This document shows, piece by piece, positions 46,383 to 56,694 of a DNA stretch of 64,000 nt. The position numbers and the translations under genes are program-made. A model generated the notes under the pieces. That model searched no databases, was not told the origin of the DNA, and saw only the letters and a list, made by a program, of their open reading frames with translations. This stretch comes from Candidatus Saccharimonadales bacterium (lineage in GTDB: Bacteria > Patescibacteriota > Saccharimonadia > Saccharimonadales > JACDFO01), in contig JBBSLJ010000003.1 in assembly GCA_038255465.1 (NCBI GenBank), positions 285-64,284 on the forward strand. The letters are read 5' to 3'. Each line of letters opens with the position of its first letter. The stretch's first letter is position 1.

Positions 46383-47723
46383 ATGAGCGACGAAAACCAG
46401 ACAAGTCCAAAACCTGTTTCAATGGATGATATTGTTTCGCTATGTAAGCGCCGCGGTTTCATTTTTCAGGGTTCAGAAATTTATGGTGGTCTGAGCGGTA
46501 CATGGGATTACGGCCCACTAGGTCTAGAGCTAAAGCGCAACATTATGAAGTTATGGTGGGAGATGTTCGTAGATCAGCGGGATGATATGTATGGCGTCGA
46601 CGCAGCAATTTTGATGAACCAAAAAGTCTGGCAGGCCAGTGGTCACGTCGATACATTCACTGATCCACTGGTGGTATGTAATAAGTGCGGCCAGAGCTAT
46701 CGTGAAGACCAGCTTGATTACACGAAAGCTTGCGAAAAATGTGGGGCAAAAGATAATTATGGGCAGGCTCGGCAGTTTAATATGATGCTGAAGACCAATA
46801 TAGGGCCTGTTGATAATGAATCATCTATCAGCTACTTGCGGCCAGAGACGGCACAAGGAATTTTTACGAACTTTAAAAATGTTGTTGATGTGTTTTATCC
46901 AGATTTGCCGTTTGGTATTGCACAGCAAGGAAAAGCATTTCGTAACGAAATCTCTCCGCGTGATTTCGTGTTTAGATCGCGTGAATTTGAGCAGATGGAG
47001 ATAGAATATTTTATCCATCCTGATACGTGGGAAGAATCCTTTGAGCGCTGGGTAGAGCAAGTGCATAAATGGTGCGATGCACTTGGTCTTCCAAAAGATT
47101 CAGTCCATGAGCTAGAAGTGCCTGAGGAAGACCGCGCGCACTATAGTAAACGCACCATAGACTTTGAGTTTGATTACCCGATTGGTCGAAAAGAACTGCT
47201 TGGCTTGGCGTATCGTACAGACTTTGACTTAGGCAACATTCAGCGCGTAAGTGGCAAGAGCATGGAATACCGCCCGAAAGACGGTAGTACAGCATTTGTA
47301 CCACATGTTATAGAGCCATCGTTTGGGGTCGAGCGGGCAATTATGGCAGTGCTGACTAGCGCCTACACAGAAGACGAAGTTAACGGCGAAAAGCGCTCAT
47401 ACCTTAAGCTCCCGGCACATTTATCCCCTGTTAAAGTAGCAGTTTCACCACTGCTTAAAAACAAGCCCGAACTTGTAGAAAAAGCTAAGGAAGTGCACCA
47501 GTTGCTTAAAAAAGAAATAGGAGCAGTCATGTGGGATGACAATGGTAATATCGGCAAACGCTACCGTCGCCAGGACGAAATCGGCACCCCTTACTGCGTT
47601 GTAATCGACTTCGAAACTTTAGAAGGCGACACCAAAGACACCGTAACGGTACGGAACCGAGACACTACAAAGCAACAACGTGTTAAAATCGCAGACCTTG
47701 CAGCACAACTAAGTAAGGCATAG
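46383..47723 (+). CDS. glyQS: glycyl-tRNA synthetase (homodimeric class II type)
   Basis: RRGFIFQGSEIYGGLSGTWDYGPLG N-terminus and a C-terminal anticodon-binding domain (GKRYRRQDEIGTPYCV). Confidence 0.9.
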   Translation: MSDENQTSPKPVSMDDIVSLCKRRGFIFQGSEIYGGLSGTWDYGPLGLELKRNIMKLWWEMFVDQRDDMYGVDAAILMNQKVWQASGHVDTFTDPLVVCNKCGQSYREDQLDYTKACEKCGAKDNYGQARQFNMMLKTNIGPVDNESSISYLRPETAQGIFTNFKNVVDVFYPDLPFGIAQQGKAFRNEISPRDFVFRSREFEQMEIEYFIHPDTWEESFERWVEQVHKWCDALGLPKDSVHELEVPEEDRAHYSKRTIDFEFDYPIGRKELLGLAYRTDFDLGNIQRVSGKSMEYRPKDGSTAFVPHVIEPSFGVERAIMAVLTSAYTEDEVNGEKRSYLKLPAHLSPVKVAVSPLLKNKPELVEKAKEVHQLLKKEIGAVMWDDNGNIGKRYRRQDEIGTPYCVVIDFETLEGDTKDTVTVRNRDTTKQQRVKIADLAAQLSKA

Positions 47724-47725
47724 AT

Positions 47726-48961
47726 ATGGGTAAGGATCTCGCGCTTCCGTTTGATTTAGATATAGCTGAAAAACTTTTAAATGAATTCGGTTCACCGCTT
47801 TATGTTTATGACGAGCAGGGAATTCGTGAAACAGCACAAGATTTACATGAAGCTTTTTCGTGGGCCAAGGGCTATAAAAACTACTTTGCCGTCAAAGCAA
47901 CGCCAACCCCGGGTATTTTAAAAATACTGGTTGATGCAGGCATGGGTCTTGATTGTTCCACAAGATCAGAACTATTGATGGCACAAAAAATGGGACTGGC
48001 GGGCACTGATATATTTTATACAAGCAACAACACTCCGCTGGAAGACTTTGAGCTTGCCATAGATCTTGGAGCTACGATTAACATTGATGACTTGACTCAA
48101 TTTCCGGTGTTTCTTAAGGCTTTAAACGGCAGACGAATCGAACGCGTAGCTGCACGCTATAATCCGGGTGGTTTAAAAACTGGCAATGCAATTATCGGTG
48201 AGCCAACCGAAGCAAAATACGGCATGGGGATCGATAGTTTGGTGCAGACCTTTAAACTTTTAAACGAACAACAGATAACTGAATTCGGTCTCCACACGAT
48301 GGTTGTATCAAACGAACTTCAGAGCGATTATTTTGTTGATACGGCGAGTTTGCTTTTTGATGCGATGGAAGAAGTTGAACGCCGCGCGGGCGTTGGATTC
48401 AGTTTTGTAAACCTTGGGGGAGGACTCGGTCACAATTATAAAACCGACGAGGACCCCATTGATATCCAGAAAGTTGCTGATGGCGTTAAGCGTGTAATTA
48501 AGGAACGCAAAAAGAAAATATCTGTATGTACAGAAAACGGTCGTTATGTCACCGCTCAGCATGGTTACTTATTAACCCGAGTGCGCTACGTCATGCATAA
48601 GTACAAAACGTATTTGGGCGTAGATGCATCTATGCAGAATCTAATGCGACCTGGTATGTATGGTGCATATCATCACGTGACAGTGCTAGGCAAAGAAAAA
48701 AAGAATCACACGAATACCTATGACATAGTTGGGGCGCTGTGCGAGAACAATGACAAGTTTGCTATCAGCCGTGAACTCCCGGAAGCTATTGAGGGCGATA
48801 TACTTGCGATCCATGATACCGGCGCACATGGGCACGCAATGGGCTTTAACTATAACGGCTTATTACGATCGGCCGAGGTTATCTTAAGCCCGAACGGTAA
48901 AGCCAGATTGGTGCGAAGAGCAGAGACAGTAGAAGATTATTTTAGAACGATTATTTGGTAG
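47726..48961 (+). CDS. lysA: PLP-dependent decarboxylase, Orn/DAP/Arg family (diaminopimelate decarboxylase-like)
   Basis: GSPLYVYDE, YFAVKATP (PLP Lys), NLGGGLG and HDTGAHGHAM. Confidence 0.65.
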   Translation: MGKDLALPFDLDIAEKLLNEFGSPLYVYDEQGIRETAQDLHEAFSWAKGYKNYFAVKATPTPGILKILVDAGMGLDCSTRSELLMAQKMGLAGTDIFYTSNNTPLEDFELAIDLGATINIDDLTQFPVFLKALNGRRIERVAARYNPGGLKTGNAIIGEPTEAKYGMGIDSLVQTFKLLNEQQITEFGLHTMVVSNELQSDYFVDTASLLFDAMEEVERRAGVGFSFVNLGGGLGHNYKTDEDPIDIQKVADGVKRVIKERKKKISVCTENGRYVTAQHGYLLTRVRYVMHKYKTYLGVDASMQNLMRPGMYGAYHHVTVLGKEKKNHTNTYDIVGALCENNDKFAISRELPEAIEGDILAIHDTGAHGHAMGFNYNGLLRSAEVILSPNGKARLVRRAETVEDYFRTIIW

Positions 48962-49277
48962 GTGAATACGTGGTAGGGCTCAGAATTTTGTTTTGGGTTT
49001 TGGCTACTAGTTGACCGTATATTTCGGTCGATTCTTTTTTGATCTGTGTCCATTCCTCGTCATCATTAAATTTTGCCCAAGCATCCTGCCGGCTGTTTAA
49101 GTCTTTCCAAGCAAGGATGTATACAAAGTTCTGCATTTCTCCTATTACTTCATCCCAACAACCAACAACTTCAAAATTATATTTTTCCATAATGCGCATG
49201 GCATGTTTTTCAAACCTCTCATGGAAAGCCATGCGTACCGGATTGGGGATTTCGTATACACGTTCTTCATAAATCAT
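48951..49277 (-). CDS. NIPSNAP family protein
   Basis: The 108-aa protein (YEERVYEI...FEKHAMRIMEKYNFEVVGCW...YILAWKDLNSRQDAWAKF) fits a dimeric alpha-beta barrel pattern. Confidence 0.6.
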   Translation of the reverse strand: MIYEERVYEIPNPVRMAFHERFEKHAMRIMEKYNFEVVGCWDEVIGEMQNFVYILAWKDLNSRQDAWAKFNDDEEWTQIKKESTEIYGQLVAKTQNKILSPTTYSPTK

Positions 49278-49356
49278 ATACTTAGTTTAACAGATGTAAC
49301 TAGAACAAACATTTAGCGAGCTATTATTGATCCAACAGAAGTATAAGAATCAGTGC

Positions 49357-50481
49357 CTAAATTTTTAACTGGTTTTTTGCTCGTTCAACCGGCCAGACAT
49401 CATCAAAGATATCCAGCGTACAAGCTGTTACTTCAATGTCGGCTATAGAAAGCGTGTTATCGCTACGTTTAATGATTTCTTTGATTACGCTTTTGGTAGA
49501 TTTTCTGGCAAGCTGAACCATAGGCTCTGGTCGTATAGAATCACAAAGCTTAGACATCAGTGAATACCTAGCTGCCATGTGTCTCATTTCGGCTTCAGTT
49601 TCACACTCCATAAATAGGTTAGTAGGGTATAATCCTGAGCCAAGGCCTTCCATGATTTGCCTGAACATTTTGCGCTCATAAGTCTCAATCCGATCTTGTT
49701 CTTCATAATATCGGTCCTCAACTAATTGATCTAAATTTGCTACACACCCAAATCGACGAATTACGGCAGATGAAGACGGCGATCGTCTTTTGGGCGATAA
49801 TAGCCCAAGAGCTCCTGTATCAATTGCTCTTCCGTTATTTGAAAATTTATAATCCACACCCCATTCGATGTAACCTTCTTCATCACGTCTTTGAAAATCA
49901 TAATAGCCTCTTCTTGCAAGTAGTGAGCCTAGGCCACCGGGCACACGCCTGATTATTACTTTATAACTTGGACCTTCTCCCGCGCGTGACATATCTATTA
50001 ATTTATTCTTGAGTGACTCAGTTTTAGGGGTATTGCTAGCTACTCTTCCGACATAATCTGCAAAATCATCAATATCCCACTCGTCGTAAATACCGCGTTT
50101 GTAAGCATTAGTAAGTTCTGCTTTTTCGTATAGTTTAGAAAATCCACCCAGCGAGCTAATTTTTTTGTTGGATGGCCCCAGGCCTAATTTATATAGAGTA
50201 CGAAAATGATCATCTACGAGGCGGACTGTATCTTTTATAACTCGCTTGCCCATCCATGAGGTTAATGCAACTGCACTACTCTCGTCCCAGTAGCTTGCTT
50301 CCAGCGGCACGGCTTTGGGTAATTCATATTTTTCAGGTTCTATCAGAATATCTCTCAACTCAATAAGATCTACTGGGTTCGCGCCGCTTTCAATAGCCTG
50401 ATTATACGAAGCCTGCCCAGTTAAAAGCCTGCCTTCTGACACGTCATAATACTGGTAAATTTCTCTCTCATTTTCTCCCAT
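49357..50481 (-). CDS. hypothetical protein (374 aa, no recognisable domain)
   Basis: Long uninterrupted ORF that looks more AT-rich than its neighbours by eye. No motif recognised. Confidence 0.5.
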   Translation of the reverse strand: MGENEREIYQYYDVSEGRLLTGQASYNQAIESGANPVDLIELRDILIEPEKYELPKAVPLEASYWDESSAVALTSWMGKRVIKDTVRLVDDHFRTLYKLGLGPSNKKISSLGGFSKLYEKAELTNAYKRGIYDEWDIDDFADYVGRVASNTPKTESLKNKLIDMSRAGEGPSYKVIIRRVPGGLGSLLARRGYYDFQRRDEEGYIEWGVDYKFSNNGRAIDTGALGLLSPKRRSPSSSAVIRRFGCVANLDQLVEDRYYEEQDRIETYERKMFRQIMEGLGSGLYPTNLFMECETEAEMRHMAARYSLMSKLCDSIRPEPMVQLARKSTKSVIKEIIKRSDNTLSIADIEVTACTLDIFDDVWPVERAKNQLKI

Positions 50482-50640
50482 GGCTTTGTATATTAATACA
50501 TAAATTGGGTTAAAACCATAATATTAAATCATTCCAGACAGTAATTTGAACAGTATGGCGGGCTAACGGTTACTTATGCACGCAGTTTGAACGTAAGATT
50601 TTTATAGGGGTAATTCACGGTCTGCTATGATACATGCAAG

Positions 50641-51360
50641 ATGAAAACTATTGGCGTTATTGGTTGTGGCAGATTCGGTTGTTTTTTGGTCGAAAAGTTG
50701 AGCTCGCATTTTGACATCAAGGCGTATGATAAAAAAGACACTGAGCTAACGCAGCAGGCAAGTCTATCCGAAGTAGCAGCGTCGGACTTTGTATTTTTAG
50801 CTATCCCACTAAACGCATACCGCGAAGTACTGACTGAGCTCAAGCCCTTACTTAGAGCAGAAACAGTTGTAGTTGATATCTGCTCTGTAAAAGAAAAACC
50901 GGTGGGCATGCTGCAAGAACTTTTGCCTAATCAACCAATTGTGGCTACGCACCCCTTATTTGGGCCTGAGTCTGCTAACGAATCACTCATGGGACATCGA
51001 CTGGTGGTCTGCCCGGAAGTATCTGACCCCACGGCATGCGCAGTAATCCAGCAGTTAGCGGTTCTCAAGGGGCTCACGGTAATCAATTTATCTATGGCTG
51101 AGCATGACCAGGCTATGGCAGTGGTTCATGGCTTAACCTTTTTTATTGCGCACGCTTTAAAAGATTTCGAGTTGCACAAAGAGGTTTTAAATACGCCGTC
51201 GTTTCAAAAATTGTTGTATCTTGCCGATCTGGAAAAACACCATAGCCAGGATCTTTTTTACACGATCCAAGCAGGCAACGAGCGAACCAAAGAAGTACGT
51301 GAACGGTTTATAAAATTAGTAGAAAACCTGAACCATGATATTGAACAACAAGCATTTTAA
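50641..51360 (+). CDS. prephenate/arogenate dehydrogenase-like protein
   Basis: MKTIGVIGCGRFG Rossmann N-terminus, with ICSVKEKP and ATHPLFGPES. Confidence 0.65.
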   Translation: MKTIGVIGCGRFGCFLVEKLSSHFDIKAYDKKDTELTQQASLSEVAASDFVFLAIPLNAYREVLTELKPLLRAETVVVDICSVKEKPVGMLQELLPNQPIVATHPLFGPESANESLMGHRLVVCPEVSDPTACAVIQQLAVLKGLTVINLSMAEHDQAMAVVHGLTFFIAHALKDFELHKEVLNTPSFQKLLYLADLEKHHSQDLFYTIQAGNERTKEVRERFIKLVENLNHDIEQQAF

Positions 51361-51369
51361 GGAAAAGTA

Positions 51370-51615
51370 ATGAATGATCTAGAAAAACGCATTAGTGCTG
51401 TCGAGGAGCGGAATAAAAAAGTCGAGCAGGACAAAGCGTGGGAAACGAGTTTAGTTCGAAGAATCTCGATCGCTGTTTTAACCTATAGTATTGTGGTCGT
51501 GTATTTACTGGTAATACAAAACGAAAAGCCATTTATTAATGCACTGGTGCCGGTAACTGGATATTTGCTTTCGACACTTTTTTTAAAAACAGTTCGCAAT
51601 ATATGGCAAAAATAG
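51370..51615 (+). CDS. hypothetical small membrane protein (2 TM)
   Basis: Helical N-terminus followed by two hydrophobic helices. An AAGGA SD is present. Confidence 0.45.
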   Translation: MNDLEKRISAVEERNKKVEQDKAWETSLVRRISIAVLTYSIVVVYLLVIQNEKPFINALVPVTGYLLSTLFLKTVRNIWQK

Positions 51616-51621
51616 TCGTTA

Positions 51622-52221
51622 TTATTCTTTGGTCAGTCTAAGCGTATCGACCCCGACTCTAACGGCTAGTACGGTTTGTATGGCCGCCCCAACTGTGTCG
51701 ATACCGGGGTATCTTACGGACAATGGAGCGGCCATGGCCGTAACGAGCGAGCTGGGCAGGTCGGCCTGTATAATATGTCGCCAGCTGTCACCGGCATCGT
51801 GATGGTGTCGCTTGCCGTGGAGTGTTACGGCCGCAGCTATATTAGCTCCGGCAGCTAGTACACCAACTGCTACGGCAGTTGTTTCGGGCCTGTGATTGTC
51901 AAAAGCCAGGTCGCTGGCAATCTCGTAGCTTCCCATGCCTAGTGCAACCCCCATTAGCGTCATGGCGCCACGTCGTCTGAGGCGTCTTTTGTGTGCGGGG
52001 TCTAATTCAGTGGCTGCTTTATGCTTAATACGGTACAGTTCGCCGTCGGCAACATCGTGCACGCCTGCCATTGTTAGTGTTGAGCTGTTGGTCATCGCAC
52101 CCGCAGCCAACTCGGTAACGCCAATCATGAAATTAATAACAGAGATGCCACGAATGCGCCGACGTACATCTTGGTCACTAGGTTGTTGTCGTTCTCGGCC
52201 CATACTCGCGTATTCTCTCAT
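51622..52221 (-). CDS. cation-diffusion-facilitator-like membrane protein (TM domain only)
   Basis: AGVHDVAD (HxxxD-like in TM2) and a His-rich loop KRHHHDAGDSWRH. There is no C-terminal cytoplasmic domain. Confidence 0.35.
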   Translation of the reverse strand: MREYASMGRERQQPSDQDVRRRIRGISVINFMIGVTELAAGAMTNSSTLTMAGVHDVADGELYRIKHKAATELDPAHKRRLRRRGAMTLMGVALGMGSYEIASDLAFDNHRPETTAVAVGVLAAGANIAAAVTLHGKRHHHDAGDSWRHIIQADLPSSLVTAMAAPLSVRYPGIDTVGAAIQTVLAVRVGVDTLRLTKE

Positions 52222-52331
52222 CCAAAACGGTTTTAAACAAAAGCGGCTTAACCCTTAATCTAGTAAACGCATCGAAAAACTCACAGTCATGGTTATAGAA
52301 TTGAAGTATAGTAGGCGCTGGAGGTTATTTT

Positions 52332-52958
52332 ATGAAAATTACAAAATTAGGTCATTCTTGTCTTCTTGTTGAAATGCCAGAGCCGATGAACAGAACGGTT
52401 TTATTTGACCCGGGAAAGTTTAGTCAGGTGGATGTTGTGTCGTTGGCGTTTTTAGACGATATTGTTATTACGCATGAGCACGCGGATCACTGCGACCAGG
52501 AAGTGATAAAAAAACTTGTCGAAAAGTTTCCAGATGTCCGCATTAAAACTCCTGTAGCGCTCGTATCAAAACTTGAAGGAATATCTGTTACTAGCGATGC
52601 TGTTGCAGGCATTGAGTTGTTCGATGCAAAACACGAAGGTCATAGCCCGTTTATGAATCCGCCAGAAAATATTGGCGTTCATTATCTCGACATATTAACG
52701 CACCCGGGTGACAGTCATACATTTATTGAATCAAAACAAATTCTAGCTCTGCCGATTACAGCGCCGTGGGGTTCTACCGACATGGCTGTGCAGCTTGCCT
52801 TGCAGTTAAAACCAAAAAACATAGTGCCGATTCATGACTGGCACTGGAAAGATGAAGTACGCGAGCAAATGTATGACCGACTCGAAGAAATCTTTAACAG
52901 TTATGACATCACATTCCACAAGTTAAAAAACGGTGAACCAGTTGTGCTTGAGGTATAG
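52332..52958 (+). CDS. MBL-fold metallo-hydrolase
   Basis: ITHEHADHCD (HxHxDH). A GGAGG SD is present. Confidence 0.75.
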   Translation: MKITKLGHSCLLVEMPEPMNRTVLFDPGKFSQVDVVSLAFLDDIVITHEHADHCDQEVIKKLVEKFPDVRIKTPVALVSKLEGISVTSDAVAGIELFDAKHEGHSPFMNPPENIGVHYLDILTHPGDSHTFIESKQILALPITAPWGSTDMAVQLALQLKPKNIVPIHDWHWKDEVREQMYDRLEEIFNSYDITFHKLKNGEPVVLEV

Positions 52959-52988
52959 TTGACGCCCTAAAGTTTATCGAAAAATATA

Positions 52989-53022
52989 AAAAAGGAGCTG
53001 CTTAAATGTTCAGCTCCTTTTT
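52989..53022. terminator. bidirectional rho-independent terminator between convergent genes
   Basis: AAAAAGGAGCTG-cttaaatgtt-CAGCTCCTTTTT, with A-run and T-run flanks. Confidence 0.75.
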
Positions 53023-53038
53023 CTAGTTTGTTTTTAGA

Positions 53039-53752
53039 TTAACGCTTGCGAATTACTGCTTTTTTGTAATTTGCGTACGCCTGATCAACCACTTGTTTTG
53101 CGGTGTCACGTCCACCAAGACCGAATGCTAGTGAAAGTGCAAAAACTACTCCGGCTACTATGACCGTAATATTTGCGGCCAGAATGGTGGTATCAAATCC
53201 AAGCTGGTCAACCGCCATTAATGTACCGAATACTACTAAAACATAGAACGCCACAGATGAAACGTTGTGGGCAAAGTCTACCTGCATGCGGACTAATGAC
53301 GCACGCACAACATCACGTACTAAGCGGGCACCGGCAAAGGTGACAGTCAAAATAATGACCGCCGCCAGCACATTAGGCAGGTAGTTGAGAATCTCGCGGA
53401 TAACATCACTCATGGCTGTAAGTTCCAGCACATCTGCAATTGTTAGCGCAAAGATAATAATGACAATCCAGAACACAATCCGTCCGATTATCGAAACCGG
53501 GTCGATAGTCAGTTCGGCAGACTTAAGCGTTTTCGCGACCTGTTTGTTTTTTGCGAGCTGATCGACTCGAGCGATTTTTAGCAATTTTTCGACCACTGCT
53601 TGTGCCAATTTGGCGACAACTAGGGCCAATATTAAAAGAACCAAAGCTCCAAATAGCCTTGGCAGATAGTCTCCAACCGTGTTCCAGAACTCATTTGCTG
53701 AGTCTGTGAAACGGTCAGTTAAATTTGTTACCCCGTTCATGGGATCCTCCAC
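53039..53752 (-). CDS. conserved TM-helix-repeat membrane protein (MscS-N-terminal-like)
   Basis: NEFWNTVGDYLPRLFGALVLLILALVVAKLAQAVVEKLL, with a repeated helix-hairpin pattern. Confidence 0.45.
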   Translation of the reverse strand: MEDPMNGVTNLTDRFTDSANEFWNTVGDYLPRLFGALVLLILALVVAKLAQAVVEKLLKIARVDQLAKNKQVAKTLKSAELTIDPVSIIGRIVFWIVIIIFALTIADVLELTAMSDVIREILNYLPNVLAAVIILTVTFAGARLVRDVVRASLVRMQVDFAHNVSSVAFYVLVVFGTLMAVDQLGFDTTILAANITVIVAGVVFALSLAFGLGGRDTAKQVVDQAYANYKKAVIRKR

Positions 53753-53856
53753 TTTAAGTTAACCTGATAGGCTAATTTTATCACCGTATTTCTGAAAACC
53801 TAGGTATTTATTGTCTAATAGATGAAAAACAGTGGAAAAGTGATATTAAAACAGGT

Positions 53857-54384
53857 TCATACGGCGGTTATTCTAAAATGTTGTGCTGCTTTTTGAGTGA
53901 ACTTATGAAGGTTGCTTGCTAAAAAGCTGTTTGGCAGCAAAGGATCTAAATGCTGCTTGAGATTTTTTATTAGTTCATCAGGCAAGGAGTGCATGGGTTT
54001 TGCCTGTGCAATTGTTACATGCGGCGTATAGTCACGTCCAATTGCGTAACGGGCACGGATATCGTCCGGCAAAAGTTTGACCAGTTCTACTCGCAGCTCA
54101 ATAAGCGCCGGACAATCTACGGCGATGTACAATACGCGTTTATCAAACAACGCCGTCTTACTGAGTTTTACTTCAATTGGCATACTGGCCTCTGATACCG
54201 TTTTAACCTTAGGTATAAGATAGAGCGGTGATAACGTCATTAGAATATCGGGATGTAGCAGGGTTATGTGTGGCACGAGCGGTTGCATGACTGGTTGCCC
54301 ATCAAGTAGCGTTGTTTGAATTTTTTGAATTTGGTTTGTGGTTGTTTCGGGGAGGGAAAGGCCGATAAAGTATCTGGGATGCAT
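53857..54384 (-). CDS. 2H phosphoesterase superfamily protein (LigT / 2'-5' RNA ligase-like)
   Basis: Two H-x-T-x motifs, PHITLL and PHVTIA. Confidence 0.7.
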   Translation of the reverse strand: MHPRYFIGLSLPETTTNQIQKIQTTLLDGQPVMQPLVPHITLLHPDILMTLSPLYLIPKVKTVSEASMPIEVKLSKTALFDKRVLYIAVDCPALIELRVELVKLLPDDIRARYAIGRDYTPHVTIAQAKPMHSLPDELIKNLKQHLDPLLPNSFLASNLHKFTQKAAQHFRITAV

Positions 54385-54413
54385 AGGAATATTGTACGTG
54401 AAGATGATAAGAT

Positions 54414-55031
54414 GTGGCTATGCCAAGACGACGAAAGACCAAGCCGGTCTACGCTTTTATAGATAGCCAGAACCTCAATGTCAGTACTCAGCGGTTGGGT
54501 TGGAAGATGGACTGGAAAAAATTCCGCCAGTGGCTTAGTGACGAGTACCAGGTCGAGAAGGCCTATATGTTTATAGGCTATGTTCCGGAATTTGAGGAAA
54601 TGTACCAGCAGTTACACGACTCGGGATATCTTATAGTTTTAAAACCAACCTTTGATATGACGCGGCCCAGAGCTGAAGTTGAAGAGCAGAAAAGTGATAG
54701 CGGAGAAGCAAAGAAGGACGAAAAGCCAACCAAGGGCAATATTGATGCAGACTTGGTGCTTTGGGCAGTAAAAGAAATGCCGTACTATAGTCAAGCCGTA
54801 CTGGTGTCAGGCGACGGCGATTTCTACGGCCTGGTTGAATATTTGATCGAGCAAAACAAATTTTCAAAACTGCTTGCCCCTAATTTGTTTTATTCCGGGC
54901 TTTACAACCGGTATGAGACTTATGTGGACCGGCTGGACTTACATCGATCAGAACTTTCTTATAAGGATTATAAAAAACACCGCCCGTCTCAGCATAAACC
55001 AACGACGAATTCCCCAGACAAAGATACGTAA
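54414..55031 (+). CDS. NYN domain (LabA/DUF88-like) putative RNase
   Basis: YAFIDSQNLN and VLVSGDGDFYGLVEYL. The start is either the GTG at 54414 or the ATG at 54420. Confidence 0.7.
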   Translation: MAMPRRRKTKPVYAFIDSQNLNVSTQRLGWKMDWKKFRQWLSDEYQVEKAYMFIGYVPEFEEMYQQLHDSGYLIVLKPTFDMTRPRAEVEEQKSDSGEAKKDEKPTKGNIDADLVLWAVKEMPYYSQAVLVSGDGDFYGLVEYLIEQNKFSKLLAPNLFYSGLYNRYETYVDRLDLHRSELSYKDYKKHRPSQHKPTTNSPDKDT

Positions 55032-55090
55032 CGTACCTAAAATCCCAAAAATATTAGAGTACAAATCTGTCTGGCTGTTAGTATATAAGG

Positions 55091-55708
55091 ATGACTTCTA
55101 TTCCTAATACTGCGATTGATGCATATATTACCAGGCAGCAAGACTGGCAGCGCCAAATAATGCGCCAGATCAGAGCCCTTATTCATAAAGCCGATCCAGA
55201 CATTAAAGAAGTAATCAAATGGGGGGCACCCACCTTTGAGGACAACGGAATCGTAGCTTGGATGTTCTGCGCCAAAGCTTGGGTTCACTTTAGTTTCCCT
55301 CAGGGTGCGCTGCTTGATCCAAGCCACGGTTTATTTGAAGAGGGCAAGGACTCATTCAGCAAAGCAAAACGCACTATTAAATTCACAGAAGGGCAGCATA
55401 TTCCTAATGACATTATGCTTGTCCTTCTAAAGGAAGCGGTGAGCAACAACCGTGCGGGTAAAAAAGTAGATTTTAAAATTTCCAAACCCGGCACGCAGAC
55501 CTTTGATATACCCAGTGAATACAAAGATTACATACAAGAGCACGGGTTATTTGAAGATTACAAAGCCAGGCCGTTTTACCAACAGCGTGGCTGGATTGAG
55601 TGGGTTGAGGACGCCAAGCTTGAAGAGACTCGACAAAAAAGAGCCCAGTTGATGCTACGGGAACTACAAACCGGCCAATATATGCCAAGCAAGACAGACC
55701 GCAAATAA
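55091..55708 (+). CDS. DUF1801 (YdhG-like) + YdeI-like domain protein
   Basis: IDAYITRQQDWQRQIMRQIRALIHKADPDIKEVIKWGAPTF. Confidence 0.55.
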   Translation: MTSIPNTAIDAYITRQQDWQRQIMRQIRALIHKADPDIKEVIKWGAPTFEDNGIVAWMFCAKAWVHFSFPQGALLDPSHGLFEEGKDSFSKAKRTIKFTEGQHIPNDIMLVLLKEAVSNNRAGKKVDFKISKPGTQTFDIPSEYKDYIQEHGLFEDYKARPFYQQRGWIEWVEDAKLEETRQKRAQLMLRELQTGQYMPSKTDRK

Positions 55709-55942
55709 TTACTGAGTTCCATAAACTGAGCACCGGAACCTGCTTGCCGTCCATAGGCTTGTGCGCCTGGTAGATGCGTCGTAATAAGGCTTACTGGGCA
55801 ACCATAATCGTCCTTAAAGAATTGCCGAAAACCTAGACATTTTTGATTTTGCATTGTCAGCCGAGGAGGTTAAGCGTATAAATGAACTAAGCGATGGGCT
55901 ACATAAGTGTTGGATCCCGGAAAATGTAGAGTAAGGAGGGTT

Positions 55943-56671
55943 ATGTCAGAAAAAAGCAAGCAGTTTACGGGTCTTAGGGCGGTGTTCATTAACTGCACGC
56001 TCAAAAGGTCGCCCGAAAAAAGCCACACAGATTTGCTTATAGATACAAGCCGCAAGATCATGGAGAAGCAGGGTGTTTCTACGAATGTTATCCGTTGTGT
56101 TGATCACGACATTGCCAGCGGTGTTTATTCTGATATGCGTGAACACGGCTGGCAAACGGACGAATGGCCAAAGCTGAGTGAACAGGTTATGGCTGCTGAG
56201 ATACTTGTACTAGCAGGGCCAATTTGGCTGGGTGACAACAGTAGCGAAATGAAAAAGATAATCGAGCGCTTATATGGTAATTCGGGCGTTCTGAATACAA
56301 AGGGGCAGTATGCATATTACGGCAAAGTGGGCGGGGCGCTAATTACGGGTAATGAAGACGGCGTAAAACACTGTGCTATGAATATTCTCTATAGCTTGCA
56401 ACATTTGGGCTATACAATACCGCCGCAAGCCGATGCCGGCTGGATTGGTGAGGCCGGACCGGGCCCTAGTTATGGCGACACATTAGATGACGGCTCAGTT
56501 GCTGGGCTAGATAATGATTTTACCAATCGTAATACCACCTTTATGACCTGGAATATCATGCACCTCGCCAAAATGCTAAAGGACGCTGGCGGAATACCTG
56601 CCTATGGCAATCAGCGGAGCGAATGGGACGCAGGTGCTCGGTTCGATTTTGAAAACCCCGAGTACCGATAA
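55943..56671 (+). CDS. flavodoxin-like NAD(P)H-dependent FMN reductase family protein
   Basis: LRAVFINCTLKRSP and ILVLAGPIWLGDNSSEMKKIIERL. I chose the ATG at 55943, which follows a TAAGGAGG SD. Confidence 0.65.
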   Translation: MSEKSKQFTGLRAVFINCTLKRSPEKSHTDLLIDTSRKIMEKQGVSTNVIRCVDHDIASGVYSDMREHGWQTDEWPKLSEQVMAAEILVLAGPIWLGDNSSEMKKIIERLYGNSGVLNTKGQYAYYGKVGGALITGNEDGVKHCAMNILYSLQHLGYTIPPQADAGWIGEAGPGPSYGDTLDDGSVAGLDNDFTNRNTTFMTWNIMHLAKMLKDAGGIPAYGNQRSEWDAGARFDFENPEYR

Positions 56672-56694
56672 TACTTATGCTAAACTGTTAGCAA

